From: Reclinomonas americana ATCC 50394
Lineage: Eukaryota
Assembly: GCA_048213135.1 (NCBI GenBank)
Contig: PS015009.1
Span: forward strand, 1,860,001 to 1,924,000
Direction: 5' to 3'
DNA length: 64,000 nucleotides
The notes beneath the pieces were generated by a model. That model ran no database searches and had not been told where the DNA came from. It saw only the letters and a program-made list of their open reading frames with translations. This document shows positions 47,469 through 56,922 of the stretch, piece after piece (within the stretch, counting starts at the first letter, position 1; each line of letters starts with the position of its first letter). The position numbers and the translations under genes are program-made.

Positions 47469-48920
47469 ATGAAAAAATTAAAAATAGAAGGAAAACAATT
47501 AAGGGCCATTGGTTACCCGGAAGGACCGGTGATCAGCATCGCTATGAAGACGATGGAAAAAAATTACAAACATCATACTCATGACGGGGCTATGAAAATC
47601 CTTGCTGCGGTGCTGGAAAACCCGGCATCGTATAAGGAAGACCAGGTGCTGGGCCCGGTAGCGGAACAATTGCTGCCAAAAGAAGACCCGGAAGGAGCGG
47701 AGATATCGCTTAACCAAACAGGTATCCGGTTCAATGTGTTCGGACAGGAATTTATTGAAGAGGGCGCCATGCACCAGATGTACCAGGCCGCCAAACTGCC
47801 GGTGAGTATAGCCGGTGCGCTGATGCCGGATGCCCACAGCGGGTATGGGTTACCGATAGGTGGTGTACTGGCAACAGACAACGCGGTTATACCTTACGGT
47901 GTAGGTGTTGATATCGGTTGCCGGATGTGCCTGAGCGTGTTTGATATTGATCCGAAAGAATTGTCGCAGCGGGAATCATTCTTCACAAGAGAATTGAACG
48001 AAGCCACATTGTTTGGAAGCGGTCAGCAGTTTGTACATGCTGAAGATCATGAAGTAATGGACCGGGAAGAATTTTATGCCACACCATTGCTGAAGAACCT
48101 GCACGGAAGGGCCTGGAAACAACTGGGATCGTCCGGCAGCGGTAACCACTTCGCGGAATTCGGTATCGTGGAAATAGGTGAAAAGGATGCGGTGCTGGGT
48201 ATTGAACCGGGTGTTTATACCGGTTTTCTTACCCATTCAGGATCAAGAGCCCTGGGCGCTAATATCGCCAACCACTATACCTTGTTAGCCAAAAAGAAAA
48301 GAAGGCTTCCGGGCGATGTGTCGCACCTGGCCTGGTTTTCACTGGATGAAGAGGAAGGGATGGAATACTGGCTGTCGATGAACCTGGCGGGTGATTATGC
48401 CTCCGCATGTCATCATGTAATACATGATAAGATCGCCAAACAACTGGGCCGGAAACCAATGAAACGGGTAGAGAATCACCACAACTTTGCCTGGAAGGAG
48501 AACTGGGAAGGCAAAGAAGTGATTGTACATCGTAAAGGGGCCACACCGGCAGGTAAAGATGTACTGGGTATCATCCCGGGATCTATGACTGCACCGGGTT
48601 ATATCGTAAAAGGCAAGGGTGTGGAAGCATCGGTTAACTCCGCTTCGCATGGAGCGGGAAGGCAGATGAGCCGTACCAAAGCAATGGCGAATATTACCGA
48701 GAAAGCAATGAAAGATATCCTGGCTGCCAATGGGGTAAAACTGATCGGCGGCGGATTGGATGAAGCGCCTTTTGCTTACAAGGATATTGAAAAGGTCATG
48801 CAATCACAGCAAACACTCGTTGATACCGTAGGAAAGTTTACACCAAAAATTGTAAAGATGGATGGCGCATCATCGAAGAAATGGACAAAGAAAAGAAGCG
48901 ATGATATCGCAGGTGAATAG
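47469..48920 (+). CDS. rtcB: RtcB RNA ligase (3'-phosphate/2',3'-cyclic phosphate to 5'-OH)
   Basis: MPDAH.GYGLPIGG, VGVDIGC, LGSSGSGNHF, HSGSR, HHN, HRKGAT, PGSM, SHGAGR. Confidence 0.96.
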   Translation: MKKLKIEGKQLRAIGYPEGPVISIAMKTMEKNYKHHTHDGAMKILAAVLENPASYKEDQVLGPVAEQLLPKEDPEGAEISLNQTGIRFNVFGQEFIEEGAMHQMYQAAKLPVSIAGALMPDAHSGYGLPIGGVLATDNAVIPYGVGVDIGCRMCLSVFDIDPKELSQRESFFTRELNEATLFGSGQQFVHAEDHEVMDREEFYATPLLKNLHGRAWKQLGSSGSGNHFAEFGIVEIGEKDAVLGIEPGVYTGFLTHSGSRALGANIANHYTLLAKKKRRLPGDVSHLAWFSLDEEEGMEYWLSMNLAGDYASACHHVIHDKIAKQLGRKPMKRVENHHNFAWKENWEGKEVIVHRKGATPAGKDVLGIIPGSMTAPGYIVKGKGVEASVNSASHGAGRQMSRTKAMANITEKAMKDILAANGVKLIGGGLDEAPFAYKDIEKVMQSQQTLVDTVGKFTPKIVKMDGASSKKWTKKRSDDIAGE

Positions 48921-48922
48921 AG

Positions 48923-48949
48923 AACGGCAACATATGTTGCCGTTTTTTT
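48923..48949 (+). terminator. Intrinsic terminator closing the rsr-rtcB operon
   Basis: aacggcaac-atat-gttgccgtt followed by a T run. Confidence 0.85.
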
Positions 48950-49004
48950 ATGCCTGCTGTTTATGTAAACAGGAGAAATCCTGCATCCGTTTGTAAAATG
49001 CTTT

Positions 49005-52000
49005 ATGAGAAGAATTGCTTTTGTGGTATGGATGATGATCGCTTTTAATGCAGGGTTTGCACAGCAAAGAGTTTTTAATTATCCTTTGAAACTGAAATCA
49101 TGCCATGTAACTATAGAAGTTAACCAGTTCATTGCCAGCACCTGGATTGAACTGGAATTTTATAACCCCACAGCTGCAGAAGTGGAAGGTTACCAGCGGC
49201 TGAATTTTTCCGAAAACCAGGTGGTGTCTGGCTTTCAGCTTGACCTGGATGGAAAATACCGGGAAGGGTCGATAGAAGAAAGATGGAAAGCAACCAATAC
49301 CTATAATACGATTGTAGGCAAAAGAGTCGACCCTGCCTTGCTGCAGATGTACAGCCGTACAGACTATGGATTGAATATTTATCCTGTTCCCGCCAAAGGG
49401 AGCCGCAAGGTGAAAATATTTCTGCAGGAATTGGTGAAGGAAGACAGCAACAGGATCAGGTACACGCTGCCAATGAACTTCAGGGATACAACAACGAGCT
49501 TCAGTGTGCAGGTTAAAGTGATGCAATCATCCCAGGCACCTTACACCAATGCGGGTTTACTTGAAGAGAGCGCTTTCAGCCAAACAGATCTTGGTTATGG
49601 TCTTTATACTCAAAGTACCGGCATTGTGCTCAACAAACCCATTGATTTTTACCTACCCCTCTCTGAAAGTAATACCCGTCTTTGTCTTTCAACTGAAAAT
49701 GGCGTCTCCCGTTTTTTATTGCGTACCAGCCCTGTTGTACCGGCGATCAATGAAAAGCAGGTACAGTCGCTAACTGTTTTCTGGGATGTGTCGCGTTCCG
49801 CGAGGGGAAGAGACAGGGTGAAGGAGCTGGAATACCTGAGGCGATACATTGCATTGCACCAGGTGGGCAAAACGGAGATCGTTCTTTTTAACCAGAAACT
49901 GCGGCAAAAGATCATTTATAACAGCGCGACGGGAAGTTTTGATGCCACCAGGAAATACCTGCTGGAATATGATTGCGATGGCGGAACAGAATTGGCCAAT
50001 CTCAATTTTGCTTCGGTAAAATCAGATATGATCCTGCTGTTCTCTGATGGCGCCAGTGTTTTTGGAAAGGCTTTACCGGTGCCGGGGAATGTCCAGGTAA
50101 ACAGTATTGTATCGGGTAATATGTTTAATGAAAGAATGCTCGACCAGATCACATCTTCATCAGGAGGAAGAATCATTAACCTCAATCAATATACAGATCC
50201 GGCAAAGTCACTGGTGCGGGAGTACGCTATCAACTACCTGCTGGAAGTACGATCCGGGAATAAAACGGTGATGATTAATGAGCTGCTTCCGCTTCGTTAT
50301 AACAAAGTGATCGGCCTGTCGGGTATCGCACCGGAACAGGATACGATTGAACTGGTGTATGGCAACAGCAGTACGGGTAAGTATGTGCAACGCATCCCGG
50401 TTAGCCTGGCAGTGGGACAATGCAATAATTATTTATCCAACAAAGTGAGGATGCTGAAAAGCTACGATTCTATCATGTCGTATAATAATTATCGCAATTA
50501 CTATCGCTGGTACGATCAGCTGGCATTTGGTATCAGGGAAAAAGTGCTCACTTATCAAACGGCTTTCCTGGTATTGGAACGAATAGAAGATTACATCAAA
50601 TTCAATATAGAACCTCCTGCTGAACTGGAAGAAGCCTGCCGGCAGCGCAATTATGTATACAAAAGCGACTACCGGATAAAAGCGCTGGAGGAATATAAAA
50701 AGACCAATGACCTGCAAAGGGTTGTCAACAACTATAATCAGCGCATCAGGCGATGGGATAAAAACGCTCCACTGGTAGACCTGAATAAACCGCTGGAGAT
50801 ACCGGCAACAGGCGCTGGTGAAAGCATGACCTACACTACACCGAAGGGAGAAATGAAACAGTCGTTTATGCTGCCACTGCAACCCGGGGGAGGTGAATTA
50901 AAAGAAGTGGTGGTTACTGGTGCATTCAATACCAAACGAACCGCACGGCAAACCTCTTTTAATGTACAAGTGGTCAGCCAGGCTCAACTGGATGTGATCA
51001 GGCAGGTGGATCTTAACAATGCCCTTGCCGGTAAAGTATCGGGTTTGCAGGTAAGAAGCCAGTCTGCCGCAATGCTTGGTGCAGAAACCATTGTCAGGCT
51101 GAGAGGAGAGAATGGTTTAAACATAGGAAGATCTGCGCCGTTGTATGTGGTTAATGGAACCGTTGTTCCGGATTCTAGGGATATTAATTTAAACGACATT
51201 GAAGATGTGACGGTATTACAAGGCCCGGCGGCTGCGGCGTTGTTTGGTTCCGAAGGGGCGAATGGCGCTATCGTAGTCAATTATAAAAGGGCAAAACGGT
51301 TGTATGGAAATATGTGGGTCTCTTATGACCTCGAATCTGTGGAAGATGAAGACTACCTGCAGCAGGTACAGCAGGCAGAACTGATGGATGTATACAACAT
51401 TTTCAGGGAGCTGGAAAAAACCCACAGCAATTCACCCTGTTTCTATTTCGACATGGCCAGGCATTTTCATGAACGGGGTATGCACAGGGAGGCCATGGAA
51501 GTACTGGAAACCGCGGCGGAAATAAGCTCTTACAACAGCAAAGGCTTAAGGGCAATTGCCTACATACTTGAAGAATGGAAAATGTTTGACAAGGCCATCG
51601 CCATATACCGGCAATTGATTGCGGGGGAATACTATAGCGCTATGGTGAACAGGGAACTGGCCCTGGCCCTTTTCAGGAATAAACAATACCAGGAAGCGAT
51701 AGATGTGCTTAATGAAGTTATAAAACGACCCGACCAGGATGGTGAAGACAATACCCTTCAGAAAGAACAGGCGCTTTCGGAAATGAATGCTTTTATAGTG
51801 GCGAGCCCCATCACTCCTGATCTTTCCGACATTGACCTGCGCCTGGTAAAGACCATGCCTGCTGACTTGCGTATAACCGTTGGGGGTAATGAATCTATTT
51901 ACTTCTATAATAATATCAGGCTGACGGAGCCCGATGGAACCAGGTGCAGTTCGGTTAACCCCGATTCGCGTAATGGCAATCATTTTACAAGTGACGGGTT

Positions 52001-52250
52001 TTCAGAACGCTTATATTATAACAGCTATCCATCTGCCTGCGCCGAATATGTAGCGCACAAAGCAGAGAAAGGGAAATACAAAATAAATATCAATGCCTAT
52101 GACTGGCACAATACACCCGATCGCATACCCAGTTATGTCCGTGTAGTGGTATTCAAAAAATTCCACAGCTCCGGGCTGTCGGTAGAAGTAAAGAATATCC
52201 AGGTCGATAACCAGTACGGAGATGTATGCATCGCTAAAATCTCATGGTAG
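49005..52250 (+). CDS. Secreted multidomain protein: VIT, vWA-like, TonB-receptor plug, TPR and DUF2135-like C-terminus
   Basis: Signal peptide; VIT-like RVDPALL/YPVPAKGSR; WDVSRS and LFSDG; plug DIEDVTVLQGPAAAALFGSEGANGAIVV; helical repeats. Confidence 0.75.
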   Translation: MRRIAFVVWMMIAFNAGFAQQRVFNYPLKLKSCHVTIEVNQFIASTWIELEFYNPTAAEVEGYQRLNFSENQVVSGFQLDLDGKYREGSIEERWKATNTYNTIVGKRVDPALLQMYSRTDYGLNIYPVPAKGSRKVKIFLQELVKEDSNRIRYTLPMNFRDTTTSFSVQVKVMQSSQAPYTNAGLLEESAFSQTDLGYGLYTQSTGIVLNKPIDFYLPLSESNTRLCLSTENGVSRFLLRTSPVVPAINEKQVQSLTVFWDVSRSARGRDRVKELEYLRRYIALHQVGKTEIVLFNQKLRQKIIYNSATGSFDATRKYLLEYDCDGGTELANLNFASVKSDMILLFSDGASVFGKALPVPGNVQVNSIVSGNMFNERMLDQITSSSGGRIINLNQYTDPAKSLVREYAINYLLEVRSGNKTVMINELLPLRYNKVIGLSGIAPEQDTIELVYGNSSTGKYVQRIPVSLAVGQCNNYLSNKVRMLKSYDSIMSYNNYRNYYRWYDQLAFGIREKVLTYQTAFLVLERIEDYIKFNIEPPAELEEACRQRNYVYKSDYRIKALEEYKKTNDLQRVVNNYNQRIRRWDKNAPLVDLNKPLEIPATGAGESMTYTTPKGEMKQSFMLPLQPGGGELKEVVVTGAFNTKRTARQTSFNVQVVSQAQLDVIRQVDLNNALAGKVSGLQVRSQSAAMLGAETIVRLRGENGLNIGRSAPLYVVNGTVVPDSRDINLNDIEDVTVLQGPAAAALFGSEGANGAIVVNYKRAKRLYGNMWVSYDLESVEDEDYLQQVQQAELMDVYNIFRELEKTHSNSPCFYFDMARHFHERGMHREAMEVLETAAEISSYNSKGLRAIAYILEEWKMFDKAIAIYRQLIAGEYYSAMVNRELALALFRNKQYQEAIDVLNEVIKRPDQDGEDNTLQKEQALSEMNAFIVASPITPDLSDIDLRLVKTMPADLRITVGGNESIYFYNNIRLTEPDGTRCSSVNPDSRNGNHFTSDGFSERLYYNSYPSACAEYVAHKAEKGKYKININAYDWHNTPDRIPSYVRVVVFKKFHSSGLSVEVKNIQVDNQYGDVCIAKISW

Positions 52251-52262
52251 TTTGTGGTAATA

Positions 52263-52295
52263 GAAAAGCCTCTGCCTTTTGGCAGGGGTTTTTTC
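52263..52295 (+). terminator. Intrinsic terminator
   Basis: aaaagcctctgcc-tttt-ggcaggggtttttt. Confidence 0.8.
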
Positions 52296-52334
52296 GTGCC
52301 CAAAAAAGTCTATTTTTACCGCCAATACAACAGC

Positions 52335-53789
52335 ATGGATATAACTACCAGCGATATAGCGTCGGCCTTTTCCGCATTCAGTCCGGCAGCCATTACCTCA
52401 ATTGATAAACTGCCACAGGCCGGGAGCGAACGTAACTATTTCCGCGTACATACAGCCGGGCGTTCTTACATAGCTACCTACGGCGCCAATATCAAGGAGA
52501 ATGAATCATTCATCTATTTCTCAGATCATTTTCATTCGAAGGGGATATGCACGCCGGAGATCTATTATATAAACGATAAAAGAAACATCTATATACAGGA
52601 GGATTTCGGCGATCTTTCTTTACTACAGCAACTGGAAACGGAAGGTTTTACCGAACATGTATATGAACTGTACCGCAAAAGCCTGGAGCAACTGGTGATC
52701 TTGCAGGTTCGCGGAGACCAGGGACTGGATTATGACAAATGCCTTACCAATGCGGCTTTTGGTAAACAAGCCATCATGGCTGATCTGCTCTACTTTAAAT
52801 ATTATTTCCTGGACGCATTGCGCCGCCCTTACGATAAGCAGAAACTGATCGATGACTTTGAAGCGCTGAGCACCTATCTTTCTTATACCGAGTATAAATA
52901 TTTTATGTTCCGCGATTTCCAGAGCAGGAACATCATGGTAACGCCGGATGAAAACGTACATTTCATCGACTACCAGGGCGGTATGAAAGGGGCTCCGCAG
53001 TATGATGTGGCGTCGCTGCTCTCACAGGCACGTGCTAACCTGCCCGAGGACTGGAAGAAAAGACTGCTGGAAGATTATATCGACGCGTTTGAAAAAGAAG
53101 TAGGGCAGAAAGTGGACCGCGATGTATTCCGCAGCCAGTATAACGGTTACGTACTCATACGCATGTTGCAGGTGCTGGGCGCTTATGGCTTCCGCGGGCT
53201 TTTTGAACGCAAAGCGCATTTCCTTACCAGCATACCGCTGGCGCTGGAAAATCTGAAAGGATTTGTTACTACACAAAGCATCGGCATAGCCGTTCCGGAA
53301 TTTAAAAAAGTACTGGAGTTGTGTATCAGTGATGAAGTGGTACAGGAATTCACTTATGTAAAAGCCACACCCGATACACCACTGGTCGTTACCATCAACA
53401 GCTTTTCCTTTCTTAAGTCAGGTTATCCTAAAGATATCACCGGCAATGGTGGCGGTTTTGTGTTCGATTGCCGTGGCATACTTAACCCGGGCAGGATAAC
53501 GGAATACAAACAACTCACCGGCAGGGACAAATCTGTAAAAGATTATCTCGAACAGGAAACGCAAATGCCCGAATTCCTTTCCAATATCTATAACCTTGTT
53601 GACATCGCAGTAGAGGATTACATCAAAAGAGGATTCGAGAACCTGGTGATCAACTTCGGTTGTACAGGCGGGCAACACCGCAGCGTATATGCCGCCGATG
53701 CGGTGGCCAGGCATCTCCGGAATAAATTCGGTATCAGGTACCGCCTCAATCATATGGAACAGGATATCCACGAAAGCAAAGGCATATGA
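52335..53789 (+). CDS. AmgK-like phosphotransferase fused to a RapZ C-terminal domain
   Basis: GSERNYFR, RDFQSRNIM, IDYQG, YDVASLL; C-terminal SFSF..GGGFVFDCR..NP, FGCTGGQHRSV. Confidence 0.87.
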   Translation: MDITTSDIASAFSAFSPAAITSIDKLPQAGSERNYFRVHTAGRSYIATYGANIKENESFIYFSDHFHSKGICTPEIYYINDKRNIYIQEDFGDLSLLQQLETEGFTEHVYELYRKSLEQLVILQVRGDQGLDYDKCLTNAAFGKQAIMADLLYFKYYFLDALRRPYDKQKLIDDFEALSTYLSYTEYKYFMFRDFQSRNIMVTPDENVHFIDYQGGMKGAPQYDVASLLSQARANLPEDWKKRLLEDYIDAFEKEVGQKVDRDVFRSQYNGYVLIRMLQVLGAYGFRGLFERKAHFLTSIPLALENLKGFVTTQSIGIAVPEFKKVLELCISDEVVQEFTYVKATPDTPLVVTINSFSFLKSGYPKDITGNGGGFVFDCRGILNPGRITEYKQLTGRDKSVKDYLEQETQMPEFLSNIYNLVDIAVEDYIKRGFENLVINFGCTGGQHRSVYAADAVARHLRNKFGIRYRLNHMEQDIHESKGI

Positions 53790-54502
53790 AAGCGATCATC
53801 TTCAGCGCGGGGCTGGGTACCCGGTTCAAACCCTGGACAGACAAGCATCCTAAAGCGCTGGCCCCGGTGAATGGAAAATCATTGTTACAACGGAATGTAG
53901 AATACCTGCAGCAATACGGTGTTACTGATGTGGTGGTGAATGTGCATCATTTTGCGCAACAGATCATTGACGCGGTTGATATTGCCAAAGGCTGGGGCAG
54001 CAGGATCACGATCAGCGACGAAACAAACGAAGTGCTGGAAACAGGAGGCGGACTTTTAAAAGCAAGACCATTACTGGAAGACGGCGAACCCTTTATTTCC
54101 CTGAATGTCGATATCCTTACCAATCTTGATATCAGTAAACTGCTGCAGTTTCACCGGAAGCACCGGCCACTCATTTCTTTTGGCATTACCAGCCGGAAAA
54201 CATCCCGCAATTTTTTATTTGATGATGAGGCCAGGTTGTGCGGCTGGGCCAATAACCAAACCGGCGAGAAAAAAATAATGATCGATAAACCCGGCTTATC
54301 AGAGATGGCTTACAGTTGCGTAGTGGTATTTGAACAGGCGGTTTTTGATCTAATACCTCAGCGCGGGAAATTTTCATTAACGGAAACCTACCTCAGCCTG
54401 GCGAAAGAACATTTGATACTGGGCTACGATCATACCGGTGATAAACTGGTAGATGTGGGTAAACCTGAAAGTATGGCCGTGGCTGAACAACTGTTCCCCT
54501 GA
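53786..54502 (+). CDS. Sugar-phosphate nucleotidyltransferase (MurU-like)
   Basis: AGLGTRFKP.T...PKAL, VVNVHH, LETGGGL, DVGKPE; coupled to the AmgK-like gene. Confidence 0.88.
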   Translation: MKAIIFSAGLGTRFKPWTDKHPKALAPVNGKSLLQRNVEYLQQYGVTDVVVNVHHFAQQIIDAVDIAKGWGSRITISDETNEVLETGGGLLKARPLLEDGEPFISLNVDILTNLDISKLLQFHRKHRPLISFGITSRKTSRNFLFDDEARLCGWANNQTGEKKIMIDKPGLSEMAYSCVVVFEQAVFDLIPQRGKFSLTETYLSLAKEHLILGYDHTGDKLVDVGKPESMAVAEQLFP

Positions 54503-54510
54503 TCTTCTTT

Positions 54511-55416
54511 TTAAAACGACTCATCCGTCAGCTCCCTGTTCAATGCCGCACCTGCCATGGAACCTGTGGCGACAGCAAACGCCACCGACCTCATGGGCTG
54601 GGAATTATCGCCGCAGGCAAAAACACCGGGCACGGTCGTTTTCTGCTGTACATCTACCTGTATATATCCCTGTTCTGTAAGGGCACAACCCAGCTCCGCC
54701 GGTATCCCGGAATGCTGAACAAAGGGAGGTCTTGTATAAAGCGCACTGACAGCTGCTTTTGTATTGTCCTTAAAAACAAGGTTGCGTATGCTTCCCTGTT
54801 GCTGTTCAATGTGATCAATTGGGGTTTCTATGATGCGGACACGAGGGCTGATCTTTTCGGTTTGTTCCCGGGTTAATATGGATGCGCCGTTGGTAAACAG
54901 GGTGAGGTCATTTGTCCAGTTGCTGATCATCTTCGAAAATTCAAATCCGTATTCTCCATTACCCAGTATCCCGGTTTTTTGATCGCGTACTTCATAGCCA
55001 TGACAGTAAGGGCAATGGATGACAGAGATGCCCCAGCATGCTTTGATACCTTCTATGTCGGGCAATATATCTTTTATGCCGGTGGCCAGTACGATCTTTT
55101 TTGAGATGAAGCGGTCGCCTGCGCCGGTCATCACCTCAAAACCTGTTGCTGTTTTAACTGCCGACGCGGCTGTACCTTCATAAAATGTTACCGTTTTGTA
55201 GGCCGATACCTGTTCCCTGGCAATGCCGCTGATCACGGCAGGAGTTTGTCCATCCTGTGTAAGAAAATTATGGGAGTGGGGCGTAGCGCTGTTGCAGGGT
55301 TGGCCACTGTCTATGAGTAGTACCTGCCGGAGCGCCCTGCCCAGGCTCATCGCGGCGGAAAGCCCTGCATAACTACCGCCGATTATGATCACCTCAAAAC
55401 CAGTTTTACCTGTCAT
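54511..55416 (-). CDS. Thioredoxin-reductase-like NAD(P)/FAD oxidoreductase
   Basis: IIGGSYAGL, LATG, HCPYCHGYE, GVFACGD. Confidence 0.92.
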   Translation of the reverse strand: MTGKTGFEVIIIGGSYAGLSAAMSLGRALRQVLLIDSGQPCNSATPHSHNFLTQDGQTPAVISGIAREQVSAYKTVTFYEGTAASAVKTATGFEVMTGAGDRFISKKIVLATGIKDILPDIEGIKACWGISVIHCPYCHGYEVRDQKTGILGNGEYGFEFSKMISNWTNDLTLFTNGASILTREQTEKISPRVRIIETPIDHIEQQQGSIRNLVFKDNTKAAVSALYTRPPFVQHSGIPAELGCALTEQGYIQVDVQQKTTVPGVFACGDNSQPMRSVAFAVATGSMAGAALNRELTDESF

Positions 55417-55443
55417 AATTTTTTTGTAAAGATAAGCAGGATT

Positions 55444-55474
55444 TCATAAAATGCAACTATGTTGCATTTTATGA
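55444..55474. promoter_or_regulatory. Perfect 14-bp inverted repeat TCATAAAATGCAAC-TAT-GTTGCATTTTATGA, candidate operator
   Basis: Read directly; sits about 30 nt upstream of the oxidoreductase start. Confidence 0.6.
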
Positions 55475-55533
55475 TTCGGGAAAAATAAAACCCGAATCTG
55501 TGGAACCCGGGTTTTGCAATACGTTTTGCATGT

Positions 55534-56894
55534 CTATTTCTCGAAGAGTTCTTTCTTATCTACCGATTTCACCTGCTGACCAACTTTGAGTGATTTGCTG
55601 ATGGCCTCATACGGACCTGTCACCACTTCATCGCCTTCTTTCAGTCCTTCGGTGATCTCTATATTGTTGATGTCCTGGATGTCTGTTTTTACTTTTACTT
55701 TTTTCACTTTCCTTTCTTTGTCTACCACAAATACGATCACTTCCAGGTCATCATCTTTATTACTGTCATTATTGGGTTTGATGTCGGAGTCATCTGTTTT
55801 TTCTTTACCGCTTTTTCTTTATTGTCTTCGTTTTTATCCCTGGTGGTAACGGCGTTGATGGGAACGCTTAACACATTCGTGTGCGTTTTGGTTTGTATGT
55901 CGGCGCTGGCGCTCATGCCCGGCCTGAAAGGAAAAGTACCATGGCCGATCAGGTCGCGGTAGCTGTCGGCCAGTATCCGGATGTATACTTTATATTGAGT
56001 AACGTCGGTTGTCGTATTGGCCAGTGCGCTTTCGGTAGCGGCCCCGTTATTACTGCTGGCGATCTGCGTAACGATGCCCCTGAATTTACGGCCATTATAA
56101 GCATCCACTTCCACATTGGCACTGTCGCCAAGCTTTACTTTTGGTATATCGTTCTCACCCACATCAACCCTTACTTCAATGCCATTCATATCCGCAATAC
56201 GCATCATTTCCGTACCCACATTAAAACTGTTGCCCGCAACTTTTTCGCCTTTCTTTACATTAAGCAGCGAGATCACGCCATCACGCGGTGCGGTGATCAC
56301 GGTACGGCTGAGGTCTTTGTTTGCTTTGTCGAGGTTGGCCCTGGCGCTTTGTACACCGGCCTGGTTACCGCGGATGCCTTCCTGTGCGGCGCTGTAGTTG
56401 GCCTGTGCACTTTTAAGGTTGGATTCGGCAACATTGAACTCATTGCGGCTGATCACTTTTTCATCGAACAGCTTTTTCTGCATATCATAAGTACGCTGCG
56501 CCTGTTCCAGCTGCGCTTTCAACGCGTTGATGGCAGCCTGCGAGTTGCCTACCTGCGCCTGTGACTGTACAACACCGCTGGCGGCCTGGTTGCGCTGTAT
56601 GTCATATATATCGGCATAAATACGTGCCAGCACCTGTCCTTTTTTAACTGTGTCGCCTTCCGCCACATTCAGTTCGGTGATCTCGCCGCTGATATCCGGG
56701 CTGATCTTTACCTCCACTTCCGGGTATACCCTTCCGCTGGCATTGACGATCTCGGTGATCGTTTGCCGCTTTACTTTTTCGGTGGTCACTTTCGTTCCCT
56801 CATCTTTACCAAAAGCCCCGGTCTTGGAAAGTATCACCAGTATTACTACCAGTATACCTACCGATATCAGTATCCATTTAAGGGTCTTGCTCAT
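55534..56894 (-). pseudogene. Efflux membrane-fusion (periplasmic adaptor) protein, frameshifted near the C-terminus at a 6-base homopolymer (55797-55802); probably a sequencing error
   Basis: N-terminal TM, ISGEI..L.V.EGD.VKKGQ, coiled coil, FRPGMSA; the tail DDLEVIVFVV..EITEGLKEGDEVVTG is in another frame. Confidence 0.85.
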
Positions 56895-56922
56895 GTTGCG
56901 TTGTTTATGGTTAGGCTTACAC

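Noticed and set aside
39541-48949. Prophage or integrative element carrying the tRNA cluster
   Set aside because: No integrase, transposase, phage structural gene or flanking direct repeat was seen.
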